NCBI RefSeq assembly: GCF_964355755.1
Contig: NC_092671.1
Coordinates: forward strand, 26,672,070 to 26,736,069
DNA length: 64,000 bases
Direction of reading: 5' to 3'
Source: Antedon mediterranea
Taxonomy: Eukaryota; Animalia; Echinodermata
Each line of letters starts with the position of its first letter. Position 1 is the stretch's first letter. Positions 39,901 through 54,900 of the stretch are shown here, one piece after another. The translations under genes were made by a program, and so were the position numbers. Below the pieces are notes generated by a model that saw nothing but the letters and a program-made list of their open reading frames with translations, searched no databases and was not told the DNA's origin.

Positions 39901-42900
39901 CACAGATTACAAATTATTTAACAATTTAGAATTTGAGCACCAATATCCAAAATTTGTGCCCGCATTTCATGAATGAAAGTGACTTTGTTGGCAGGTATGA
40001 TTTCTGCATTGTCATACATTTAATGCGGGGCAGTGCGAGACCAAACAAGGATTAACACTAGATAGCTATCCTCAATGTGTTGAAATGCAAAGAATCTAAA
40101 ATCAATAGTAAAACATACTGTAATTGAATGTATCTGAATGTTTCCTACCTGACTAGGTTGTTTAGTAGTAGTTTTACCACATAGTAAACGTTATAAATCT
40201 TACTTTATTTTGGATATTCATTCAAAGTAATATACATTGTTCTTCCTTAAAATCCAGTTAAAACCTACTGTAATGAAACGGTGGTGACTTAAGTATTAAA
40301 AAACCACCTTGTAGTGTGCGCCATCTACTGTATATCTGTTCCATTCCGCAGGTACTGAAAACCTGACTGTTCTATTTAACTCGGCACTGCCTCGTTAAAT
40401 CAGTCAATTATCTTTTAAATCATGAAAATATTCTCCCCATTTAAATAATAAACATTCATTATTTGTATTAAATACAACATTTCAGAACAAGATTTAATGG
40501 ATCAAATACGAGACCTGGAAGATGAAGTAACAAGATTGAGAGTAAGATCATTAAAAAGAATTTTGTTTCGTTGTACGAAAATCATGCAGTTTTGTTTTTG
40601 TTTTTTCCAGTAATGTAATTTTAAAGTAATCTGATACTGCAGTCTATTTCAACCGTCCATATTTTTCTTATTTATAGATCAATTTTTGCAAATAAGGTAC
40701 CATTGGATAGCAAATCAGGGGAATATAAAAATGTTATATCGATTTGATAAAACATTATGTATGGTCATTTTTCTGTAACAACCTTTTTAATTTACCCACG
40801 GCTGCCTTTTTTGGCATATTTTTTAAAGGAAAATATAATTTTCCATGTAAGCTATCAAAAATCCAAATTGAAGATATTTTGTGAGAAAATGCTTTTCAAA
40901 CTTCTGTAGTCCAATCAGGTCATTCATAAGTCATTGGTTGAATTGGGCTAGAATGACCCATTAATCAACAGTAGCTTGTGCTCCCTGTGGGAGCAGCAGG
41001 ATTTAAAAGCAGCTGTTACCAAACAAACTTGCAAAACCGGTAGAAAACGTTCTCATATAGACAGTTTAAAACACCCAATGGATTTTGTGATGTAACTCTG
41101 GTTATGGATAAAATGATTGGTGCAATATATAGTCGTTTACTAGTACCATGGACCTATTTATAGGTCCATGCTAGTACAATAGAAGTTTCTGTAGACTATA
41201 ACCATCCTAATAAATTAGTTGTTTTTTAAGCAGCAGAATGTTAGTTAAACATATTAAAAGTTTTCTCTATTTTTAATGTGCATTAACTTTTTCTTTAATT
41301 TGTATCACAATTAATATATATAAATCCAAGGGCAAATTACTGAAAAAATGACAATGCTGTGGGTATCAGTGGCAGGATCTCAATGGAGATACAAAAAAAA
41401 AGCAAAAAGCCAGAAAAATTAGCAGAGCTTTCGGGCAACACTAGCCCTTCATCAGTGCAATATATATATATATATATTCATAGAAGAATATAGTTAATTT
41501 TCAATTAATTAATTTGTAATGTAATTTTTTATCTCTTAGTGTACGTGACTTCTGTAATCCGATTGGTCAATATGTATGAGATATAATTCCCTATTACGCC
41601 CGTTTCTACGACGCGCGCATTGTTTATGTATTGTATTGTATTTTTATCGTTGAGCGCATGCGTAGTTGTGATTTCAACCATCGAATATGAACCCGTATTT
41701 GACGGTCCGTAAAAAAAGCTAATCGTAATTGTCGAAAGCTCCCTATTGTACACTAAGAGATCAAATTGATTGGGATTTACAAAATATAGATATATAGAAA
41801 TATAAAAAATAAACATCAATAAACGTACAATACTATTAGTTACACCCTGCTTGTTCTTTGGAAATACGGGAAATATCTACGTTCTGTATATTTCTATATT
41901 TTGTAAATCCCTAGCAATTCAGTTTTTCTCTGTGATTTTATGGATATTTGAAAAAATAACATTTGTAGAGAATGGGCGAGTCAGGTGGCGGTTCCAGAGA
42001 TGTGCGTATGTTGCAGACAGAGATACAAGAACTGACCCGACAGGTTGACCTTATGCAGGGAGAAATCCGAGACAAGGAGAGGGAGCTAGAAAAAGAACAG
42101 AAAGAGGTTGAAAGGGTAAATATTAAAATATTAAATTATTAAACTTTTTGAAACCATGCGATGATAATTACAATAATTTATTTCATCCTCACTGTATTTC
42201 TATCATACATATGAATTTGAAATCCTTTTTTCTTTTTCAGTTCAACCAACGAGCAACAGATGCAGAAGCAGATGCAAGAGAACTTAAGAAAGATGTAAGT
42301 ATAAATAAAACATATTTTAATATTAATTATTTTAAAATCAACCATTTTCAGACAATGAACAAGAAGGATACCTTGATACCTTTTATTATCATATATTTTA
42401 GAAGTTGTTTGCAAAATGTTTGCATAGTAATGGTAATGGAAAAAATAATTATATAAATAGATATCTCAGACTACAAATGATGGCTTATTACCATGTTTCA
42501 TTTAAATAATGTACACACCTATATATTACACTGTAAAATAATATGCCATTGTTGAACAAATATATGTTTTTTGAACTGAACTGAACTACCAACACACCAC
42601 TGTTGATAATGATGTCATAGTAATCATTTTTCAATCTCAAATGTTTTAGAATGATGCGTTGAGGCATGACCTTCGAGACTATCAACGTCAGCTTGAATCG
42701 CAGCGAGAAAGTTTAATCATGAAACGTGGTGATGATTTTGATGTCCAGGAAAAACTAAGAAAGAAAAATAGTGAACTTAATGAGCAGTTAGAGGAGATAC
42801 AAGTAAGGTTTGATGTTATTTTACTGCAGATCTATGTTGCCATCTTTTAAACTTGTTTAGATATTCATGTGGTTGTTTTTTTTACCAAATAAAGAGTGAT

Positions 42901-45900
42901 ATTAATACTACATTTCAACCCATATTCACATTTTCTCTTATTACAAAAATCTTTATCACAAATTTGCTTTAAATTCCTTTTTTTTTCTGAAGCTAACTCC
43001 TATTCTTTAATTCTCTCTATGGATGGAAATATGCATAGTACATTATAATATTTATTATTGTATCATTTAAATTAATACTGTTAACTTAGGTTACCCCCAC
43101 AAGACAATGAGGAAGCTAGCTGCACAAATATCTGTATATTATTATACAAGTTTACATTATAAGAAAATGATATTTATTGCTCCAAACAAATTCTATTTTA
43201 GTTTGTTACCTATTTATGGTATGCTTTTAAATTGTTAATTTTTATTTTTTTGGATAATAAAGGAATTTGAATTGTAGAATAAAAATGACCCAGTTTCTTT
43301 CTTTTTGTCTAGAATCTGACCGATGCAAATGATAAGATGCAAGCTCAGGTCCTGGACATGTCTGTAAAGTTGCGCAAAGCAGTAGATGAGATGGAGTCTA
43401 TGACAGAAGACTATGACAAGCTTAAACTTGTTCTCCAGCAGTCTGACACGGTCACAGAGAACATCCGCAGGGAGAATGAAATCCTTAGGAAAGAGGTAAG
43501 ATACTAATGGTTTTAGTGCCCTATATTTTTCCCCTAATTTGCATATTTCAGCTAATCAGCATATGTTTCCAAAGTGTGACCAAGAAGTTATTTGTAGAAT
43601 TTCGTCCCATCATCATATTTGTTGAATTAAAACCTTGTTTGCAATTTGATTTCAAATGCTAGATTGCCTAGACTAATGGTTAACAATGTTTAGTATCAGT
43701 AAACATGCCAGTCGACATATTATTATATTAATATGTATTCTTTAATTATAATTTTTAGATTCATGATCAGACCACCCAGATGCAGCAGCAGTCAAGTGGC
43801 GACGATGAGGTCATGGAGGCGGTCAACCGGAAAGTCGAGGAGTGGAAAGTAAGCTCCACCACCTGAATTAGTACAGACATTTTAATTAAATGTTCATCAA
43901 ATGTTCATATTCTTTTGATATGCTGTTTCATATTTTTAAACATTATTAGATTGTATTGAGTGAAAAGGATGATGAAATTAATGACCTAAACAGAGTGATT
44001 CAAGAGCAGAAAAACCAGATCATGGCATCTCAGATGGACACAGAGAAGTCGAGTATCACCATGTTACAGCAGGTAATTTGTCCTTGCAGTTTAATTGGCT
44101 GATTGTATCATATGTCCAGCATCATTTGGATCCATCCTCATGATTATTTTTTACATTGCATGTCTCAAAAGATATTAACATTTTAAGAATTTTGTGCAAA
44201 GGCACATTACTGTTGCTCATTTTGTAAACCAACTTGTATGTATATTCCATCTATTCATTATTTATATAATAACTTACTATGCATTCAACTCTTCTTTTTG
44301 TTGAATCTTTTAGGCAGTAGAAGAAAAGAACAAAGTGATTCAAGGCTTGAGAGACCAATTGGAGACATATACAGATGAATTCAACAGAGTGACAGAAGAA
44401 CTAGCGGATTTGAAGGAACAAGCCAAAGCTGGTGGAGGTGTGTAAAATACAAAAGTATTCTCTAGTCATAAACACGCTTCTGAAAATGTTTTGGTGGTAG
44501 AGCTGGAAGTCAACGTATTTCCTGTTTTGTTTTTCTGTAACCATGATTTATCTTATTTTCTATATTATAAAAATGGACGTTTGTATATTTGTTTAATATA
44601 AAAGTTAATCTTTTGCACACATGCATATAGACATAAAATATTAACATTAAACCACATTTTTCTTTATATATTAAATTATTTCAAAATATATATTAACAAG
44701 ATTGAAAAAATGTGTCACTCTTCTTACAATGGTCTAATCCACTGGTAGTTAATTAATAATGACAATCCATGCAAAAAATCTGTTTTGTTATTATATATCT
44801 TATTTAAGCTTAAATTTTTCTAGCTCCATCTATTCGACAACAGAACACAATTCGTCAGATGAGAGACACACTACGTGCTCAAGAGGACGATGTCAAGTCT
44901 GCAGATGATCGTACTCGTCATGCTGAGCAAGATGCTCGCGAGAAAGATCAACAACTTAATGATGCTCTTGCACGAATGAGAGAGTATGAATCTGTAAGTG
45001 CTTATTATTATTTACTAATCTCTAGTTTTTTAATTAAAAGTAAAAATACATTGGCCCAACACCTTTGCTACACTTGGAAAGTGCCTGGTATTATACCTAT
45101 ATAAATAGAAATGCCTTAGATATTTTGTTTTATCCTCTTTTGTTTGGCCTTTCTCTTAAATTCTCCTGATATTTCATTTTTCAGAGTTTGGAGGCTTGAG
45201 ATAATGTTTCTGGGTAGACCTCTTAAAATTCGCCAAAGTATTGAGCTTACAGGTTATAATGTTTTTTTAAATTAAGCATTCTTTCAATTTCATACTTTGT
45301 TTACAGGGAGAATATGGCTTAGCAGAAGCAGTTCAAGAGATTAAAGAATGCAAACGACAGATTTCAATAAGAGATAGGTAGGGAATAATACCATTTAGAA
45401 GAATTGGTGGTGAGGTGTAATGGTAAAGAATATATAACTAGCATGTGAGGAATTGGTTCAAGACCGGTTACTCTCAATGCCTTGTTCATAGGATATGCAC
45501 AATTAAGAACTAATGTGACCACAATGCTTAGACCTTACTGCTCAACCCTTTCAAAAATATTATAAGTTTGGAGTGCACCTGGATAGAACATATTTACAGA
45601 TTTCAGATGTGTACAACAATATGCCTATTAATGAAGCTAAATAAAATTGTCTTTTATACTTCTTTTTTCTCTCTGTTGGCATTTAATAATTCTTATTTCA
45701 TTTAAGAAACATTGAGCAAGTTACACAGCATACAAACAAATTGGAACTGCAGATGAATGACCTTATGGAAGAAAACGAAGATCTGAGAGAAAGACTGGGC
45801 CTAGATCCTAAGGAACCAGTGGATCTGGCAGACTTTAAAAAGAATCGTGCTGTTGTGCAACAACAAGACCGTGCCATGAACCAAGTCCTAATGAAAGAAG

Positions 45901-48900
45901 TTGAGCGTTTAGAAGAGGAACGTCTTAACCTGAAAAAGCAGATTCGTATACTGGCGGCACAACGAGGTCAAAGGTGAAGGTCAAATGACTAGAAAATTAA
46001 GATTGTAGTGAGCTTTTGACATAAGAAACACATGGCCTGATGCAACCCTTTCACCAATGCTAAAAAACTGTTACCAGTTGAGAGTTAACAACAAAAAGTA
46101 CTTTGCTTTTATAGAAAGTTTAATATTTTGTTATGTGTATGTCTTCTGTGCCGATACATATATCTGGAAAATAGAGTTGTGATTCAGAATTTGTTAAAAA
46201 CTAAATTAAATAAATAACAAATTCAAACTTAACCCATTGGTGAAAACTGACTATATGTTCGTTTATATTTCTTTATAGAGCGGTCGCACTTGGCTTAACA
46301 GCAGATGAAATGGTAGCCATTGATGAGTTTACTGAAGACATCAAACATGGCCGCAAGACTAAGTTATCTGATACAGTCACCAAGTTCATGAGTGAGGCCA
46401 AGTCAGCAGAACCATCAGATTCTATCAAAGTTAAAGTAAGTATTAAGATTTTTAATTATGGTAATAATATATTTTACAAATAATGAATACTTATGAGTGT
46501 AATGGTATAAACAATTTTATGAGGTGAAAGATGAAATTCTATTTTTACGAGGCTATAGAAGTCTGAGTGAAGAAATAGAATTTTATGTAATAATAGATTC
46601 TGTTCCCGTACTTGAAAAAAATGAAAAAAAGTATTACTTCATGATAGAGTTTAATAGTACATACTATTGCACACCATGTAACCCACAATCGTCCAATCAA
46701 ATTACAGAAATAAGTGTTATATAATATGTGTTAGGGAATTGTTTAGTAATTAATGCAGGAGTGCCATACTTCATACCCATAAAATCATATCAGCTGATGA
46801 CTCGCTCCCCATAATTAATTTTTATATTTTGTTACCTTGTCATTGGATTGATTAGGCAGCACATGTTAAATGACGGTTGGGCATATCATGATTCTTAAAT
46901 GCTCTGTAACAGCACTTTTTCTCTTTATGGCCATCTTTTCAATTCTGGTTTAATCAAAATAAAATGTGTGTTATGTGTAGGCCGTACAAATGGAAAAGGA
47001 ACTAGAAAAAGCAGACAAACTTTCAGACAAGTTCAGAGCTAAAGCTGCTGAGTTGGAAGAAAAAAATAAAGACCTAACAGAAGAGAATGACAAGCTAGGC
47101 AGAGCAATGAAAGAGATTCTGGAGTCCCTGAAAGAGAGCAGTACAAAGCCAGGAGGGCGTGATGCATACATGCACGTCCCAACATTGGAGAAAATTCTGG
47201 CGGTAAGTGCAGTGGTGCACCTTGGAGCTTCACACTATTATGTGACTGTGGTGAATTCATTCATTAATAGGTTTCTTGTGTTAATATTCTGCTAAAGTGA
47301 AGTGTAGAGAGAAGTACTCTCTCGAATTACTGTAAGGGCTCAGCTCACATCACCTCTGCTGGAATATTATATTATTTGAACCTAAACTTATCCTTGAACT
47401 CTTAGCTATGAGAACTGCAATTATTGTTTGTTTTTGTTTTAAGATAATGGTATACAGTCTATTATTGATTAATAGATATATATTTTTGATTCGATTACAT
47501 GCTGTCCGTTCCTTTTTCATAGATGATGGAGGCTAAAACAGTGGATGGTAAATATGAGGCCCAGGTGTACCTTAAGGCTCAGGTTGACCAGTTAACAGGG
47601 AGGAATGAAGAATTGCGTAGGGAGCTACGCCAGGCTAGGACAGATTATGAAAAAGCTAGGCTTGAGGTGGAAAAGGCAAACAGTAAGGTGAGTTGTGTTT
47701 AGAGCCAATACCTTTGTTGCACACATAATTTAGTAATGTCAATGGATATGCTCTTTTGTGATTGGTAGTGAAAGAAATTGTTGTTAGTAAAATGCAAAAT
47801 CAATCAATTGTTCGTTTTATATAGCGCCATTCCAACAGTCATTGCTCCTAGCGCTGCCAATATTATCCGAAAATGTGAGTTTTGAGTAGTTCAGAGCTTA
47901 GGTCCAGCAATACTGAAAGTCAGATTTGCCCAACTATGTTTGCTCCTCGGAATGTCCAGTAGCACCTGATGACTAGATCTTATTTCTCACTTTCTATTTG
48001 GAAGCGCAACTATTTAGGCATCGGAACACCAGCAGCAGGATCTTTAATTAAACACGCGATTCCACAGCTTTTAACAATGGTATAACATGATCATACTTTT
48101 TTGCACACACCACCAAGCGAGCTGCCCAATTCTGCACCTTAGAACGCATTTCACTCTAAAAGAAATGAATTGCGCTAGAGAACTCATTTTAACTTTTGAG
48201 CAAATGAATAGAACTGAGACGAGCGCTTATTTTGACATGGAACTGATCGAAACTTTTCGTGATTAACCATCATAAAATTCGTACATAAAAGAGGATCTAT
48301 TGTGCACGAGAGCCTATGTTGACACATATCTGAGCGTAACTAGTTGTGGTTACCCATCATACATGAGATTCATACATGATAGAGAAACCAGTGTGCGCGA
48401 GAGCAGTTGAGTTGCTTCCAGTTCCAACTTGACAACTATGCCATGACAACATGATTTCTGATTATTAAATTTTTCTTTAGATTGTAAAACTTGACGCTGA
48501 GGTTGTGATACTTCGTGAGATTGGAAAGGGAGCAGTAACAGTACAACAGATACCCCTGCCTGCTTCCATGGCAGTCACTAGTGCTGATGTGATCAGCTCT
48601 CTTAATGAGCAGTTGATTCAAGCTATGCAGGTAATTGGACTTTCTAATTTTAATAGATCAAAGAAAAATCACGATTTTGCTAAACCATTATAAAAAATAT
48701 TTATTTGATAGCTAGAAATAAAACTTCATACAGTAAAATACATGTTTTGGTAGACCTTTTACCTTCATCAGAGAGTATATATACTAAAGTCGCCACAGAT
48801 TGACTTCTTCTTATTTTTAAAATTTCATTTTAACAATAAAATGGATGAGCCTATAAAAGAAAGCAGAGCTTGTAATGAATTTGCTCCTCAAAAAAAAATA

Positions 48901-51900
48901 GAAATAATAATTTTAGGAACTAAAAAACAACGAAAAAACAAAACATATAATACAATAATACAAGTATAGATTATATTACCATTATTTTAGATTATATCTA
49001 AATATAGGTATGCAAACAATAACAAATTACAAAGAACCGTATACAATAATAATATAGGTATGCAAATAATAACAAATTACAAAGAACCGTATACAATAAT
49101 AATATAGGTATGCAAATAATAACAAATTACAAAGAACCGTATACAATAATAATATAGGTATGCAAACAATAACAAATTACAAAGAACCGTATACAATAAT
49201 AATATAGGTATGCAAACAATAACAAATTACAAAGAACCGTATACAATAATAATATAGGTATGCAAACAATAACAAATTACAAAGAACCGTATACAATAAT
49301 AATATAGGTATGCAAACAATAACAAATTACAAAGAACCGTATACAATAATAATATAGGTATGCAAATAATAACAAATTACAAAGAACCGTATACAATAAT
49401 AATATAGGTATGCAAATAATAACAAATTACAAAGAACCGTATACAATAATAATATAGGTATGCAAACAATAACAAATTACAAAGAACCGTATACAATAAT
49501 AATATAGGTATGCAAACAATAACAAATTACAAAGAACCGTATACAATAATAATATAGGTATGCAAATAATAACAAATTACAAAGAACCGTATACAATAAT
49601 AATATAGGTATGCAAACAATAACAAATTACAAAGAACCGTATACAATAATAATATAGGTATGCAAACAATAACAAATTACAAAGAACCGTATACAATAAT
49701 AATATAGGTATGCAAATAATAACAAATTACAAAGAACCGTATACAATAATAATATAGGTATGCAAACAATAACAAATTACAAAGAACCGTATACAATAAT
49801 AATATAGGTATGCAAACAATAACAAATTACAAAGAACCGTATACAATAATAATATAGGTATGCAAATAATAACAAATTACAAAGAACCGTATACAATAAT
49901 AATATAGGTATGCAAATAATAACAAATTACAAAGAACCGTATACAATAATAATATAGGTATGCAAACAATAACAAATTACAAAGAACCGTATACAATAAT
50001 AATATAGGTATGCAAACAATAACAAATTACAAAGAACCGTATACAATAATAATATAGGTATGCAAACAATAACAAATTACAAAGAACCGTATACAATAAT
50101 AATATAGGTATGCAAACAATAACAAATTACAAAGAACCGTATACAATAATAATATAGGTATGCAAATAATAACAAATTACAAAGAACCGTATACAATAAT
50201 AATATAGGTATGCAAACAATAACAAATTACAAAGAACCGTATACAATAATAATATAGGTATGCAAACAATAACAAATTACAAAGAACCGTATACAATAAT
50301 AATATAGGTATGCAAACAATAACAAATTACAAAGAACCGTATACAATAATAATATAGGTATGCAAATAATAACAAATTACAAAGAACCGTATACAATAAT
50401 AATATAGGTATGCAAACAATAACAAATTACAAAGAACCGTATACAATAATAATATAGGTATGCAAACAATAACAAATTACAAAGAACCGTATACAATAAT
50501 AATATAGGTATGCAAACAATAACAAATTACAAAGAACCGTATACAATAATAATATAGGTATGCAAACAATAACAAATTACAAAGAACCGTATACAATAAT
50601 AATATAGGTATGCAAACAATAACAAATTACAAAGAACCGTATACAATAATAATATAGGTATGCAAATAATAACAAATTACAAAGAACCGTATACAATAAT
50701 AATATAGGTATGCAAACAATAACAAATTACAAAGAACCGTATACAATAATAATATAGGTATGCAAACAATAACAAATTACAAAGAACCGTATACAATAAT
50801 AATATAGGTATGCAAACAATAACAAATTACAAAGAACCGTATACAATAATAATATAGGTATGCAAATAATAACAAATTACAAAGAACCGTATACAATAAT
50901 TAGTAGTAGTAACAGTACTTCTATGAATGAACGCTAGTTGGTCATACCATGAAGGTATAAAAATATACCTCCATGGTCAAACCCAGTACAGCTTCGATTA
51001 ACCTCACAGCTTAATTGTGAAACATTTGATAGAAAAACTTCCTACCAGTGTGTTTAAGAATGATAAATCAAATTTGTATAACCTGTGTGTGGAAGTATAA
51101 GAATATTTTACCAAAACCATTACAAACCACTTACTTTTTAACAGCTCAGAAATAAACCTACTTAGCAGCGTACATACAATGTACAGTATAAACAGAAAAG
51201 GATAATCAAGATAATTATGAAGGCAGCCAAGTGTTTTATTTTTTTAAGTTGAAGCTTGAACCATGAAGGATGCACTTTACCTTCTTGACTGTGGCGTAGA
51301 CCTAGTCCACGATCGTTGGCCTTAGTTTTGATAATTGTTATGCAAACAATAAGGGTTTATCGAATTATCACGAACCTTTACATTTCAATATTGAGACAAT
51401 GAAGTATTTAAATCAACCATAACCAGCCACTTTTGAATGGCTCAGAAATAAACTTGCTTACAATGTAAAGTATAAACAGAAAAGACTGAGGATAATCAAG
51501 ATAAATATAAAGGCGGACAAGTGATTTCGTTTCATATACTTAAACCATGAGGGACGTATTTTACCTTCTTGATTATTGCGTAGACCTAGTCCACGATCGT
51601 TGGCCTTAGTTTTTGTTTCATGTATTCTTGGCATGGAACAGACACATTGTATGGAAAAGGTTGCACTATTTTTCTCTTGTTTTAACATGTCATTCTCAGC
51701 CACTAAGGCATTCATTTTTGTTTTCCACAGATCTTGTGCCTTACTATTTTCAGATAGTACTTTATCAAGCATTTGTTGATTGGATTCCAGCTTTCTTTTG
51801 TGTTCTTTTCTATATCTCTGTGCACGTTGTAAAATTTCGTTTTTCTCTCTTTCTAAGATTTCATTCACAGCTACTAATTCATTAATTTCATTACAATTTT

Positions 51901-54900
51901 CAGATAGTAATTCATGGACCATTTGTTGATTTGATTGCAGCATCCTTTTATGTTTTATTCTATCTGTACATTCACATTCTTTATTTTTACTTATCTTTAT
52001 TTGTATTGTTCTTTCTCTATCTCTAAAAAATTTATTTTTGTTTGCAACTGATCGTTTTCAGAATATACTTATTTAAACATTCTGTTCAAAGATTCTGCTT
52101 CTATCTTTTGGCGTGTATATTCTTTCCGATATTTCTGGATTACTTCACTAAAAGTCACATGATTTAGTTTGTGGCGATGATGTAATTGTTGGTTACGACA
52201 AACAATACATATTAATTGCATGCATGTTTCACACCATACATTTAAAACTTGATTATGATCAGATTTCTCGCACATCGGCAGCTTAACATTAGTTTTAGTT
52301 CTGCACAAAGCACACACAATATCAAAAACAACATGCATTTTTTTTTTGCTTACGTAGACAATTTAGGCAGAACGAATGCCCACACTTTTTAGGCTGTTTC
52401 ATTTCTTTAAAGCACATTGAACATTCTGTAAGCTTTTCTACAAACTTCTTTACAGGGTGGTTATCCTCTTGCCTGGCCATTTTCTGCTTTCTCCTTTTCT
52501 CGCCTAACCCAGCGTAGTATCCAGGTGTACTTACAAATATACTATAATCAATATTTTGTCTTCATACAAAAATTTACACCAATCATGTAGAGTTATGTTT
52601 AATTTGAACACGTATGTAATATTTTCAATGCTGAAATAGATCAAACATAAAATACTTTGTGAAAACATATAAAATTGCTTAAAAGGTGTTTTAAAAGACA
52701 GGTTATGCAGTAATTAAGTGTAAGGGTGTCGTTCTAATGTCATTTATAGTTTTTCGAAATTTAGCTGTAGGTGCTGGTAAATGACACTAACAACACAATA
52801 ATCTGACTTGAATGATCTAAAATAATTCACAGTATTAAATATTACTGTACAATAAAATAACAGAACTCTTTACATACTTACAGTGTAGTTGTCGATTCTG
52901 TTTATAATTTCTGGTCTAATGTAATATTCTTGGTGGTTAAATACTATTGTTATTCTCCAGACTACTGAGCTCCCACTGATGGCTAGTGTTAGTGAAACAT
53001 TTTCAAAAGGACAAATGAAGTAGACATGTTTATTGATTAACTTTGAAAATTTATAGAATTATTCAAGCTGTCTAAAATATTGTTAATCAATTTGAAAGTA
53101 CAGCTCTCCCCACTGATAATTAATATGCAAACTATAAGGATTTATCGAATCATCACAATCACAATACACCGAAGGTACTGTAAATCACAGCAATTTTTAT
53201 GCTAACCACAAATATTAATTTGTTAAAATTCAAAACTATATACCTCTACAATAACTTGCATGTTTTGGTAGATATTTTACCTTCATTTAAGGAGGTATTG
53301 TGTAATCGATCGCGTTTGTTTGTTTGTTAGCAGGATTACTCAAAAAGTAATTACAAGATCTTTACCAAAATGAAAATACTGATAGATATGTGGTCAAGGA
53401 CCACTCCATTAAATTTTGGATGCAATCCGAACCATAGTCCCAATTCTGGACCACTTTTTAGTATAATTTTCAGAACAGAATAGGACAGAATTTTCAAAAG
53501 CCGGCGAGCAGCCTTAAAGTAACAAGTAAACTGAAATTGCATTTTTTCTACTTGTCCTAAAAACTTAATTTTTGTATAAGAGGCAGGAGTTATAATTTGT
53601 GATTTGTAATTTTAAAACATAAATTGATTGAATTTACAGGTTTTTTGATACAAGTAGTTTTAAAAAACTTATTTCTTTTCAAATGTTTTTGGCGTTGCTG
53701 TTCTATTGTTAGTCAACAGAATCTATTGTTAGTTGAAAGGCTGGTTACATAACCATTACACCAAATTCATATACACATGCTTGTAATGAAATTAGCCTAA
53801 ATCACACACAGCATTAAGACACACACAAATATATAATTTTTTTCCCGGAGTATTCTTATGTAGGAGATTTTTACAGTAGGCAGAGGTATGCACTCTCGGA
53901 TTGGCTTTCTAGTTAGTGAGTGAACTTGATAGGTAGAGTTAATGTATACATTATACAAGAATTAACAATTAATGTAATTATGATCATATTAAATAACTAT
54001 TCTAATGTGATAAGCCTGAATAGACAACAGTAAAGTTAAAATATCAATTGAATTGAATACAAGTGATTTAATTGTCTAGAGTTAAACTGTCATAGTTAAC
54101 CTGTTTGGTAAAAGAACTACTGTAAATTTATGATTATTATGTCAATTTTCACATTTCTCTTTCTTATTATAAAGTATAGTTTAGAATTTTATTTGTGAAT
54201 TAAACAAAACCAACGTAAATCATTGTTATTTAACTTATAGGAACTTAGCAATAAGGAGGAACTACTTGAAAAGTTTGAAGGCTCCATGGAAGTATACAAA
54301 CGGAAATTTGCAGTAATGCGTCATCAGCAGGGTCTGGTATACAGTGAATATGAAAAAGAAAAGAAGCAGTGGGAAGAAGAAAGGGAGAAATGGGGAACAG
54401 AAAAAAAGAAATGGCAGGACCAACAGAGTGAGGATTCTGTACGAATACGAGAATACAATGTAAGGATTGTAGGCTGTCAATAATTGTTTTCAACGTTCAA
54501 TTTAGAACTAATGAGAGGGAAGTGAGAATTCATTCAGAACTGGTTCATACTAGTGGATTGTTTAACAGATCGAAAACTTTATTTGTTCCCCAATTGATCT
54601 TTGTTTCCTTATTTCATCCCAGCTCCAGTACATTCCATTATTTTGTTTTCGCATGAAACAAACCAGATCTGGAACAAAGCTTAATAATGCATGCTGTGTC
54701 CTTGGACTTTTCTATCTGTGTATTCTAACCATTAGATTGTGTGTGTGAAAACAGCTTAAACCTTTTATATGTTGTGGTTTTTATATGGTTGTCTCAAGAA
54801 ACAATTCCAAGCAAGTCATCTGAAGATCAAATCATACATATAAGAATTTAAAAATAGCTTACATAAAAAGAAATCCTTGATACTCATTCAGGATTTCAAA

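Noticed and set aside
45405-45470. tRNA-like A/B boxes (also about 39425 and 33715 on the minus strand)
   Set aside because: No complete cloverleaf; more likely decayed SINE heads or repeat-internal motifs.
49001-50900. Regular arrays (also 27770-29130 and 37310-38790) as CRISPR
   Set aside because: Head-to-tail repeats with no unique spacers, no cas genes, and a eukaryotic intron context.
48741-53286. Direct repeats CATGTTTTGGTAGA...TTACCTTCAT bracketing the minisatellite and TRIM-like sequence as one hammerhead-flanked retroelement
   Set aside because: The match is only about 28 bp, the right copy overlaps the Helentron-like 5' end and lacks the CUGAUGA core, and no TSD is seen.
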